Shown piece by piece: positions 34,787-44,644 of a DNA stretch of 64,000 nt. Below the pieces are notes generated by a model. It searched no databases. It was given only the letters and a program-made list of their open reading frames with translations, and was not told where the DNA came from. The position numbers and the translations under genes are program-made. How positions within the stretch are numbered: position 1 is the first letter of the stretch; every line of letters starts with the position of its first letter. The DNA comes from Epithemia pelagica (Eukaryota; Protista; Bacillariophyta). The stretch lies in assembly GCA_946965045.2 (NCBI GenBank), contig OX337241.1, positions 3,038,001 to 3,102,000 of the forward strand. Reading direction: 5' to 3'.

Positions 34787-35232
34787 CATCGTCCACCTGG
34801 ACCACTCATTCCGAGTTGAGGCTTTCCAATGCACGAAGTTCTTGTGCAATGGTTGCTGTGGGATCTTGTCTGGTGGTGGCGGGAGGACGAGGCAATTCAA
34901 CCGTGGAAGTATTGGACACGCACCGCAACCGCGTGTGGAATCTCCCACCATTCGGATATGACTGTGTTGGCTGCAATATGGTGACTGTTGCCAATCAAGT
35001 TGCCGTGATTAGCGGATATCGCAATCTTACCTGTGCAACAATGCCATTTATGGACAAGAATTCGTGGTGTTTTCGTCGACTCTGTGAGCAGCAGCCCAAC
35101 AAATGGTGTCTTTTTCGGGAAGGAAGGAATATCCAACATGCTAATATTTCACCCTTCTCCACCTCGACATCAGCTCATAAACGAGCAAGGCCCGATACAC
35201 TCCGTGGTGATGAAGGGAAGGATGGAACTTGA
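34787..35232 (+). pseudogene. 5'-truncated kelch gene K7 (last two blades and tail only)
   Basis: Homology to the other copies starts at TCGTCCACCTGGACCACTCATTC (~34787). Upstream sequence matches the K2 upstream flank, not kelch coding sequence. Confidence 0.85.
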
Positions 35233-36195
35233 AATTTGCAACGTATTGCATGTATGTCCTACCATTAGCGGAACTGTAGCATTATCATTTTACTCTCAAA
35301 CAGTAGTTGGATTGTTTTCTTTTTGACATTGCGACCTATTAGAGATATCATGTACACCGTTGTACTAGTAGAAAACGAAAGTTACACTATCCTGCATGAC
35401 ACCGCAAACAGGAGTGGAGCCAGGCCTTGGATATAAATGCCCATGGTACCATGCCTCTCTGCTGGTGAATGAGTCGAGTTATCTTGCTGTGGAAGATTAT
35501 GGTTGCGTGCCTGAAACACATGGCGCAGCGACTTATTTGGACGGTCATCTTCGTTCCGACCATGCGTTCAATTGTGGGGTTCGGTCCTTCTATGGCTTAT
35601 GCCTGCGTGAGAGGACAGTACCCCGTCTTTCGATGCTCGTGGCGGTTTTGGGTGACAGGACAATTACGAATTCTTTGTTCGATATTTTCTCCAATACAGC
35701 AACTATGCATTATCATGAGGTCGGTAATTTGCTCGCAATGGACCGAACGGCAACACGGAATCGAGTCTCGTCGTTGCCACACCACAACCTTCCGAACTAC
35801 GAACGCAGCCACAAATGAAGAAGTACCTCAATTGGACGAAACTGCTGACGGCGCTATTGCCGTGGAACCGGCTGTGTTCAATTTCATCTTGGAAGTCGGA
35901 GCATTGACGGCGGCGTCGACAACGACAACGAATCAGGAAACCTCCACCACCGCTATTCCCTGTCGCACTGTTGCTCGTTCGAATGCTAATGCCTGGAAAC
36001 AAGCTGCTCCCCATCGCGATGTCTTGCCCCTCAATGACAGTTCGCCAAACCTTGTTGCACGATTATAACACTGTCGAGCAGCAGTGTTGGACTTCGATCA
36101 CTACCGCATTTGAGCCTAGTACCGAATTCAGCAGTACCAACAACAAAACCACGACCACGAATGGCGCCGATCATGTCTTGGCTGTCGTCTGATAG

Positions 36196-36408
36196 TGTTG
36201 AAACCTGTAATGAACCGTGCTGTAAAGGCAACAATTCCTATAACAAATTACGTATTCTCCTTAGAATGAGCTCTGTTGTTTGTTTCGTTGCTCTTCCGTC
36301 CACGTCGTTTTACCTCAACCCATTCGTCATCACTTGCAGATGGATCTTCGCCTTGCTCAGTCGCTGTTTTCGTTTGTTCTGCGACTCCTCGCGGGACATC
36401 CTTCAACA
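36196..36408 (-). repeat. 3' LTR (213 bp)
   Basis: Direct repeat of 42119-42331 with TG...CA ends. Confidence 0.97.
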
Positions 36409-38453
36409 CACTCCTTCGTGACGAATGGTATTCACTATGAGGAGCGATATTCATAATGAGGTCCCGCAGTTGATAGAACAAACGACCCTGCAGCGGCTTG
36501 GTAAAAAAATCTGCAACCATTTGTTCAGTTGGGCAAAATTCAATTCGCAACTCTTTCTTGTTGATTCTATCGGTAACAAAGAAATAGCGGACATCAATAT
36601 GTTTGGTTCTTTTCGAGCTTGAGAGTCGCCCATTTTTGGCTAGGAGGATGCTGCTTTGGTTGTCCTGGTGGAGTACAACATCCTTCACAGCAATCCCCTG
36701 CGCTGCCATGAAATTGCGGGTCCATAACATCATGGATCCCTATCAGTTCACATTCGGTGGAGCTTCGTGCCACCAGTTTTTGTTTTGCCGAAAAGCCGAT
36801 GACGGCTCCTTTACCGAGAGTCATGAACCCACCGGTATGACCCTTTGTGTTAGGATGGACTGCGTATGACGCGTCCACCCACCATTTCACTATCCACTCG
36901 GGTTTTCCTTCAAGACGCAATACAAGGTTCATTGTGGTTTGTAGATATTTCAGAACGCGGCCCAATTTCCTGTGATCATCTTCGTCTGGTTTAGAGACTC
37001 GCGTCGAAAGGAAGGATATGGCTGTTCGGATGTCTGGCCTCCCACGGTGAGCCAAGTAAGCCAATTGCATAGTGATACTATGAAACCGATCGGCATCCTC
37101 CTCGCTCAATTTTGTTGCATGCTCATTGACATGGTACAGATGATTCGCTGCTGGTGTTTGTGCTCTGCCTTTGAATGACGACGGCATGCCGTCAAGGATG
37201 GTCTTGATATACGGTCGCATATCTACTTGCAATACTCCATCCTCTGAATAGTCGAGGAACATGCCCAGGTAGTCGTGTCGCTTGCCTCGCGACACTGATA
37301 TATCACCCAAACTACCAAACTCTGCCTGTAGGTCCGCCACAAATGCTTCCACGACTTTCTGATCAACATGTGAGATATTGAGGTCATCGATGTGCCAGGT
37401 TACTGTGCATTGTTTGCCATTGATCACCTTGTTGGCAACGCATGAATCATATGGGTTGATAGTGTAGCCCCAACTTTTTAGAACTCCGCTCAATTTGATC
37501 CAAAACAATCGGGCAGCTCGTAGTGTCCCGTAGAGTGCCTTGAGCATCTCTACGTAGATCACTGGTTTGTTGTGTTCATACACGAGGTATTTTGTGTACA
37601 TATCTGGGTCGACTTCCAACAGCAATTCTGCCATCAGTCCCTCAATCCTCATGTGCACGTTAGGGTCCATATCCGAGTGCATGAATGCACCCGGAATGTC
37701 CGCTACTATCACATGTCTCCGTTCCACTGCATCCACCACCGCTGTAATGAAAACAGCCTCGGTGGCCACGGTTGGCGATGCTGCGTCTTCTTTGTCGATG
37801 AAATCACGCTGCTTTCGCCCATCGGCGCACCCGCGCCCCTTGATTTTCCCACAACGTTTCCGTTTGAGAAACATCAAATAATTCAGTGCTTTTTTGATTT
37901 GTTCCCATGAGAGATCCGTTTTATGTACCCCTCGCAGAATACCGCGCTCGTGAAGCTGCCGAATCTCTTTTTTAACTGCTTCCCGCCCCTTGTCACCAAA
38001 TAGTTTGATGCCCATACGCATTGACATTTGGGGCGTGGCCAAGTTTGTTTCGGCCTCGATGAGATATAGCACTCCACGCAGCAAATATCCATCGTACCAT
38101 CCTGCTGGTAGTGCATCGACTGATGCAAAGGTGTGCCCATACCTATGGGCATAGCTTCGCTCTCTATTTGGCCGTAGATCGTATCGATTTTCGTTGGTTG
38201 TTGTTGTGGATGAGCTTGATTCATCGCTAGAATCAGGACCAAACACGATCTCCATTTCCTCATCGTCGTTCTCGTGTGTGGTTGCATTTGGTGCGTCATG
38301 CACGTCCTCCTCTATTCCCATATCCACCTCGTCCAACATACCCCCGTCCGCTGCGACATGCTCTTCAACATAATCAGCATCGTCCTCGTCATCCTCCTCC
38401 ACATCAACTCCATCGACGCCAAATTCGTTTATACCCACTCCTTGGTTTTCCAC
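36248..38453 (-). pseudogene. Copia reverse transcriptase + RNase H, frameshifted at ~36730
   Basis: KGRGCADG, ADIPGAF, KALYG, TWHIDDL (RT); WVDASYAVH, STECELIGIHD, HQDNQS, KHIDVRYFF (RNase H). The frame ends inside the 3' LTR. Confidence 0.93.
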
Positions 38454-39820
38454 TCCTTGGTTTCCACTCCTTGATTTCTCGGTGGGACAAGGATATCCAT
38501 GAGTTGGTTTTCGTTTTGATTCAGTCCTAATTCGTGAAAAGGACCCGGTGGATTGTTCGCATCGTTTTCATAGTGATCTGTGTCGTCCAATGGACTGTGG
38601 TTTGGGTCATCATCGGCATCCAATTCGCCATCCACATATGCGTCGTCATAGCGGAGGACATCATCGTCCTCGTCAGGAGGCTCATCATACACGCTTCCTT
38701 CGTCGTCGTATAATGGATTGTCCTCTTCCATTGCCAGAATGCGATTGTCCCGATTACCAAATGCCAGTCCTGGTTGCATTTGTTGTGCAGCCGCTAACTG
38801 AGCGACACGCTGAATGACTTCCTTTGGCATAAGGAGGCGTGTTGCGTGGTTTCGTGTGATGATTCTTCCGCTTTCCAGACTCATAAAGTAGTAGCTACCT
38901 TGACGGTTGCCGGTTGGCCGCAAGGCCAGGGCACCAATTGTCTGTGCTTCCATATTGTTGGAGTGCTGTTCATGACATTGAACGTACTCCCCAAACTCGA
39001 AGCGACAATGGCGGTGATAGTCCACGGTTTCTCCGGTGACAAGTTCTCTTGGACTTCTTGTCGTCGACAGCTGGTTGTTCTGGTTGGGAAGTCCATTCAG
39101 CCAGAACGTCGCAAATTTCGCCAGTTCAATCAACATGACCTTTGGCAGGGCCTCGAATGGTAGAGTGGTATATACACTCCGGATTCGTTCCTTGATGGTG
39201 CGAATGTGGCGCTCTATGTCACCGACATGCTCGTCTCGAGCTGTTGTATTCAGTTTTATTCCGAGCTCCCCTGTTCCCGCTTCCATGCCGTCACTCGCAA
39301 AGGCGCCGTCAGCTAGGAGAAACCGAGGGCGCAGACCTCCTCGTCGAAATACAGCGATGGTCTTCTTGATGGACCGAAGTAGGGTTCCTTCTTCTTTGTC
39401 TGCGATTGCGTCCATGGTGGAGACTCGAAATATGCGAGATGTTGTGGCGAGAAAGGACACATCATTGATATGCATTACGTCCATGGCAATGGTGACGTCT
39501 TTATGTTTTTCTTGGATGGGTGGTGGTATTGTGTCTGTTGTGTCCACCTTGGGTGGTCGTCTCCTGGTGGTCTTCCCTTTCAGGGAACCGAGGTCTTGTC
39601 CATAGATATGCTCTGCCCGCCTCACATCATCACTTGTATAAGGGGCGTTGGGTAAGAGCTTATGATTCAGAATATAGATAAGGTCTCTAGTTGACGGTCG
39701 GCCAATTTTGGCTTGTAGTGCCCGTACCTCTCTAGCTCTACGGATCTCAGATTCAGTATAAAGCGCTTCGTTGTTATTAACCGTGGTTAAGAAGCTACCA
39801 TGTATCGAAGAGAGATTCAT
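38429..39820 (-). pseudogene. Copia integrase region
   Basis: GQDLGSLKGKTTRR; AMDVMHI (D), LADGAF (D), HVGDIERHIRTIKE (E). Bounded by a premature TAA at 39821 and a frameshift at ~38455. Confidence 0.92.
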
Positions 39821-41338
39821 TTAGAAGAGGCCTTCAGGACTTTGCACAAACTTGTGCTTCAAGCGCCCCGTGGCTGGGTCAAGTAGTTGAAATTGATTGC
39901 CCTCATGGCTGTCGTATGTAATGCAGTATCTGTTTTGAGCGGTGTGGAAAGATAAAATGTTGGCAGGCCCTTTGGGGTCATACCATACCAAGCCATATCC
40001 TGGCAATATCGCTTGTTGGTTCAGGATTCGTTCTCCGGCATGGCTGCTGATGGTGATTGGTGTCGTTGCTTGATGGATGTTGTGGAGAATGCTTGCATTG
40101 TGGATGATGTCCACTGTGGATTGATTGTCGAGCAGGATCCAGTCAGGGGATATGTTAGACTGTAAGGCAGAAAAAGAACAGTGTTGAGAAGATGCGTTTT
40201 GGTTCAACATGGATTGGTGGTAGACTGTACCGTTTGAGTTGTCTCTGTTTCTGTTGTTGGAGTCGGTTCCCTGAGCTGACTGTTGCCCATTTTGCGATTG
40301 GCTCTGACCCGTAGTGGTCATTGTGGATCCTGTTAACGTGGAGGCATCATCGCCTTGCGTACTGGCACTCTCGCGCGTGTGATAGGCCACAACTGTGGCG
40401 TTGTTATCGTTGCTTTGTGTCTGGTGGCGACTATGCGTCTGCATTCTGTTATCTATGATGGCACGCGCATCGGCCAGTGTCTTTGGGTAACAGTTGCGTT
40501 TGTCCATGTCCAAGTAAGCGTTTTGTAGATGCGATTCATATTCGCGAGCGCCACATGTTCTGATGAAACGGATGGCCAGACACCTCTGTTGAGCTTCTTC
40601 TTCGTCAGCCGTTGTTGGTGACCCAGCACGACTGTTGTCAGCCGCTACTTGCTCCAGTAGATCCTTGTCGTATAACACCACGTTCAGTTCCTCCAGGACT
40701 TGCGCTTTTGCGCGAAACAACTCGTAGTAGTTGTGCAAACTTTGGTTTTTACCCCTGCGCATCGTGTAGAACTCTCCCTTGAGCTTATCACGACCGACGA
40801 GAGGATAAATGCGCCCGGAATCATATGTAAAGGTAGTCTGTTTGATCAATTTCAACAAAGCTATACCGTCGCGCTTCTTCCGAATGTTATCATATTGCGT
40901 CTTCGCCTGTAGTTTGTCTTTTATCAACTGGGTACACTGCCCCAGGATGAGACTAAACATGGCGGCGCGGAAATTCTGATACTCCATCAACTGCTCAGCT
41001 CGCATTTTATACTTCATCTTCCACTCTTCTACGGTAATGGTGTCTTTGTCATCTTTCGGTAGTTCTACCTGGTCAGGTTCATCCAGTGACAATTCCTCCA
41101 CTGACTGCTGGAACTCCAGATTATATCGGTTGAATGTTGAGCCAATGTAACCGACCAGATACTCTACATTGCGCAGGTACCGCTTGGACTGCGGATCTTC
41201 GGAGTAGTCGAAGATACAGTCTTTTAATGTGGGTTCTTGTCCTTGAAACTTGTTCGAGTTTCCTTGTTGTCCTCTGCCACCACGTCCTCGACCACGACCA
41301 CCACGTCCTTGTCCGCTTCTTCCTCCGCGTCCGGTCAT
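39821..41338 (-). CDS. Copia gag-protease (RGG-rich N-terminus; protease WILLDNQST)
   Basis: Track ORF of 505 aa with CoDi-type protease motif LLDNQSTVD. It ends at a TAA in frame with the integrase. Confidence 0.88.
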   Translation of the reverse strand: MTGRGGRSGQGRGGRGRGRGGRGQQGNSNKFQGQEPTLKDCIFDYSEDPQSKRYLRNVEYLVGYIGSTFNRYNLEFQQSVEELSLDEPDQVELPKDDKDTITVEEWKMKYKMRAEQLMEYQNFRAAMFSLILGQCTQLIKDKLQAKTQYDNIRKKRDGIALLKLIKQTTFTYDSGRIYPLVGRDKLKGEFYTMRRGKNQSLHNYYELFRAKAQVLEELNVVLYDKDLLEQVAADNSRAGSPTTADEEEAQQRCLAIRFIRTCGAREYESHLQNAYLDMDKRNCYPKTLADARAIIDNRMQTHSRHQTQSNDNNATVVAYHTRESASTQGDDASTLTGSTMTTTGQSQSQNGQQSAQGTDSNNRNRDNSNGTVYHQSMLNQNASSQHCSFSALQSNISPDWILLDNQSTVDIIHNASILHNIHQATTPITISSHAGERILNQQAILPGYGLVWYDPKGPANILSFHTAQNRYCITYDSHEGNQFQLLDPATGRLKHKFVQSPEGLF

Positions 41339-42060
41339 GCCGCCGCTTGACGACTCAGCTTGATCGGGCCGTGGTCCTTGCGGGGGGTGTACTCATGGTG
41401 TTCTTGACGCGGTGCTAGGTTTTGTCGTTGTCTACGGTGTTCCTCTTGGTCGTGGGTGAAAGGATTGTATACCTGGATGGTGTATACAGTTCTTCGACCG
41501 TTCGCCTTTCCTCGCGACAACACTACTCCTTTCAGATGAGACCGTTTTTGCACCCGAGCCAACTTGAGGGGATTCAGAACCCAGACGGCACTACCGATAG
41601 CCAGAACCGGTGGAATGGATGATGCGTTGGCTGGCAAAACGGGGATATTGTAAATAATCTCCACTCGTCCGTTCTCGTCTCGTACCACTTCTTCGGCGTC
41701 GAGAAAACCAGATGCGTCCCGCGACGATTCCTCGTCTCCACTGGTATTGTCCGGCACGACGGCGGCTGCCACTGCAGTTCGATGCTCCTCGGTTTGTACG
41801 TCCACAATTAACGCGCGACGTCTTGTCTGAAAATCGGATACGATCCGTTCTCGTGATGCTGTCAGCACCGTGTTATCGTATTCGACCTCCGCCTGATGTT
41901 GTTGTTCCAACTCGGTTCGGTGTTCACGAAAGGTCGCCTCGCGCAACCGCACGTTGTGCTGGTGCCGACGATGCACCTCTGCAAGGCGTTCTTGTTCTTC
42001 AATGGAAAGGGCGGTGAGTTGGTTCAACAACGTAGTCAAACGACTGGGATTCTCCGACAT
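41335..42060 (-). CDS. Extra ORF (241 aa) upstream of gag inside the Copia element
   Basis: Open frame between the PBS and gag, with a coiled-coil-like N-half and a beta-rich basic C-half. Its TGA overlaps the gag ATG (ATGA). Confidence 0.65.
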   Translation of the reverse strand: MSENPSRLTTLLNQLTALSIEEQERLAEVHRRHQHNVRLREATFREHRTELEQQHQAEVEYDNTVLTASRERIVSDFQTRRRALIVDVQTEEHRTAVAAAVVPDNTSGDEESSRDASGFLDAEEVVRDENGRVEIIYNIPVLPANASSIPPVLAIGSAVWVLNPLKLARVQKRSHLKGVVLSRGKANGRRTVYTIQVYNPFTHDQEEHRRQRQNLAPRQEHHEYTPRKDHGPIKLSRQAAA

Positions 42061-42104
42061 GCAGTGTACTTCACCTCAAAATGAGAATCAAGAGGTAGTT
42101 CTGT

Positions 42105-42118
42105 TTCTAAGGAGAATA
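42105..42118 (-). other. Candidate self-priming primer-binding site
   Basis: The 14 nt abutting the 5' LTR (plus strand TTCTAAGGAGAATA) are the exact reverse complement of LTR 42176-42189 (TATTCTCCTTAGAA). No TGG-starting tRNA-type PBS is present. Confidence 0.7.
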
Positions 42119-42331
42119 TGTTGAAGCCTGTAACGAACCGTGCTGTAAAGGCAACAATTCCTATAACAAATTACGTATTCTCCTTAGAATGAGCTCTGTT
42201 GTTTGTTTCGTTGCTCTTCCGTCCACGTCGTTTTACCTCAACCCATTCGTCGTCACTTGCAGATGGATCTTCGCCTTGCTCAGTCGCTGTTTTCGTTTGT
42301 TCTGCGACTCCTCGCGGGACATCCTTCAACA
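42119..42331 (-). repeat. 5' LTR (213 bp)
   Basis: Direct repeat of 36196-36408 with TG...CA ends. Confidence 0.97.
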
Positions 42332-42963
42332 GATAGAACTTGTTCTTGTTCTTCTTCGTTGGATTCTGGTTCTTGGTGGTGCGAATCTTCGTCTGGTCGA
42401 TGTGGAAGGGCGATGGGACCCTCTCCCATAATCGATTCTTCACCTGTTGATTCTCCCGTGTCGGATGCATGACGTAACCGTGTCGATTCAAATGACGAGT
42501 TCCCCGATGACCCTTGTACATGAAATCCTCGACAAGGCCCACATAGCTCCAAACATCGGATCGAGCCGAGTAAAAGGCCACATAGACCACCAAGGTAATC
42601 GCAGTGCCACGGAGCAGCCACCATTGGGTGTCATTTGTAACCATCGAGAGTTGTCGCATCTTTATGTGGAGATTTGCTCTCAGTAGATTGGAGCGATTCG
42701 AACTTGAGGGTCCATGCAAACTCTCTTGCGCTCCTCGATCTATGTTGGCAACCGCCATTGTTTCCCAATGTTGGGACTGATCCTGGGCCTCGCCAATTGT
42801 CACGGATTGAAGGAGGCCACTTCATGGTTGTTGTCCTCAATCATCGCTTCTTGAAGAGACATGTTGGTGAAATTGATTGATAAGGTCAAGTCGTCGCCGT
42901 CCTCATCTTGCCGTCATCGTGGTCGATGCGACGGAGTAGTCCCCAGCGGGGGTGAGGAGTCGG

Positions 42964-43720
42964 GGATACTCGGTATTTTTTGTGGACCACATACAAATAT
43001 AGACAAACTTCCACAAACTACGATGTCGTATAGACTTTTTGTTGTATAGCTCTACTTATTAAGACCGTTATAAGACGGTATACTACAATACCCCCAATGC
43101 GGAGTTGAGCGATGTGGATAAATGTTGTCAATTGTTGATAATTGTTGAGCGTGCCATGTTCCTAAATAGACAAATAGAAAATTCTAAGTAGAATTGTTTT
43201 TCTGCTGCTCCCCCAAAGCCCCCAAAAAATTAGTCCCGAATGCATCGCATGCAGTCACAGTTGACTGCATAGCACATGGCACGAAATTTCTTTGCCATGT
43301 GCAACATGATGAGTTTGACATGATGAATGCTTATGTGTTCTTTTCTCGATCGTCGTGCATCGTGCAAGTTGACCATGGCCGACGGTACGGTGGAAATGGC
43401 GGTTCAGACTGGTTGTTTCGACAGCCTTGTCTGGACGAATCCACAAATCCACAAATCCACAAATCCACAAATCCACAAATCCACAAATCCACAAATCCAC
43501 AAATCCACAAATCCACAAATCCACAAATCCACAAATCCACAAATCCACAAATCCACAAATCCACAAATCCACAAATCCACAAATCCACAAATCCACAAAT
43601 CCACAAATCCACAAATCCACAAATCCACAAATCCACAAATCCACAAATCCACAAATCCACAAACGACGCAACAACACAAACGACGCAACAATCAAACAAC
43701 TGCTACTATGGGTTAATGTT
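42964..43720 (+). repeat. Left terminal inverted repeat (757 bp)
   Basis: Reverse complement of 48015-48721, apart from repeat copy number, two small indels and scattered substitutions. Confidence 0.95.
43441..43663 (+). repeat. (CCACAAAT)n microsatellite, about 28 units, inside the left TIR
   Basis: Perfect 8-bp tandem repeat, 223 bp. Confidence 0.98.
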
Positions 43721-43747
43721 CTACGGAGTCATCGGCCAGTCAGGACG

Positions 43748-44347
43748 TTAAGTTGTTTCACTTTTCTCTTTTGTCTGTCTCGCTTTTTCTCGGACCTTCT
43801 TTCTCCTTTTCTCTGCAGCTTCTTCCTTGAGAACTCGTTTCTGCTCCAGGTACACGAGAAACTTCTGGCGACGCTGTTCTTGATAGACGCGTTGTCGAAA
43901 GATGTCTGGTCGAAACTTGAGGTAGGCCTGCCGCGAATGGTGCAGCGCCGACATTGTCATCGTCTGCGGCTTCCCACATTCGACATCTTGCTCCAAAAAA
44001 GTCTTTGCTTCGGACATGTCGAAGACTGGTTCCGCACGATGGTTGACGAAGGCACGCGGATACAACTGACGGTCGTGGACGAGAGCCGCTTCTTCGTGCT
44101 GACGCTGAGCATGGTCGCGTCGCACCTGTTTCCGGTGGCCTGCGAGTCGGGCCTTGAATTGGTCAAAGACCACACCCTCAACAATAAACACAGGTTCCAA
44201 GGCGTAGATCTCCCAAGCTTCCTGGGCTGTGATATCAAGTGGAAGAACGCCGCTTTCCAAGTCCAGCAACAAGATGGATCGACTTTCGGAGTTTCTCCAG
44301 TCGATCCACCCGTCTTTGGATGATTGGGCCATGGTTAAAAACAACAA
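43748..44347 (-). CDS. Transposon ORF-A (199 aa); two internal helical repeats and a basic tail, possible DNA-binding protein
   Basis: WRNSESRSILLLDLESG...FKARL and FDMSEAKTFLEQDVECG...FRQRV look like two copies of one module. KRRKKVREK tail. Confidence 0.65.
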   Translation of the reverse strand: MLFLTMAQSSKDGWIDWRNSESRSILLLDLESGVLPLDITAQEAWEIYALEPVFIVEGVVFDQFKARLAGHRKQVRRDHAQRQHEEAALVHDRQLYPRAFVNHRAEPVFDMSEAKTFLEQDVECGKPQTMTMSALHHSRQAYLKFRPDIFRQRVYQEQRRQKFLVYLEQKRVLKEEAAEKRRKKVREKARQTKEKSETT

Positions 44348-44644
44348 TCAAACACGGTACTTGCTGCTCTGTTCTCTCAGTGCTGGTCGCACGTCCCAAT
44401 GCTTGCGACTTTGTTGAGCCCAGAAGGGGCTCAAGAAAGAAAACACAACAAGAAAGGAGAACTCGACTCGGCTTCACATTCTTTTCGTTTCCGAACACAA
44501 CAATCACGACCTGGTCACGAGTCACAGCATTGCTGTCGCCAGACAGCACCTAATGCCATCAATATCCGCCAGCATAACCCATTTACATAGCAAAAGAATT
44601 CAAACTAGTAACATATTCTATACAGGAGTGGTTATCCAAATAAG

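Larger units (their letters stand above)
36196..42331 (-). mobile_element. Full-length Ty1/Copia (CoDi-type) LTR retrotransposon with an inactivated pol
   Basis: 213-bp LTRs TGTTGAA...TTCAACA at 36196-36408 and 42119-42331 with 3 mismatches. 5-bp TSD GATAG (36191-36195 and 42332-42336). Domain order gag-PR-IN-RT-RH. Confidence 0.97.

Noticed and set aside
43441-43663. CRISPR array or telomere
   Set aside because: There are no spacers and the unit is 8 bp. The repeat is internal, mirrored within TIRs, and does not match a TTAGGG-type repeat.
43194-43716. ORFs with IHKSTNPQ or FVDLWICG repeats (also 47996-48500)
   Set aside because: These are translations of the 8-bp microsatellite, which has no stop codon in any frame. 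They lie inside TIRs and have no coding evidence.
43427-44323. 298-aa plus-strand ORF
   Set aside because: Microsatellite-derived N-terminus, and the rest is antisense to ORF-A.
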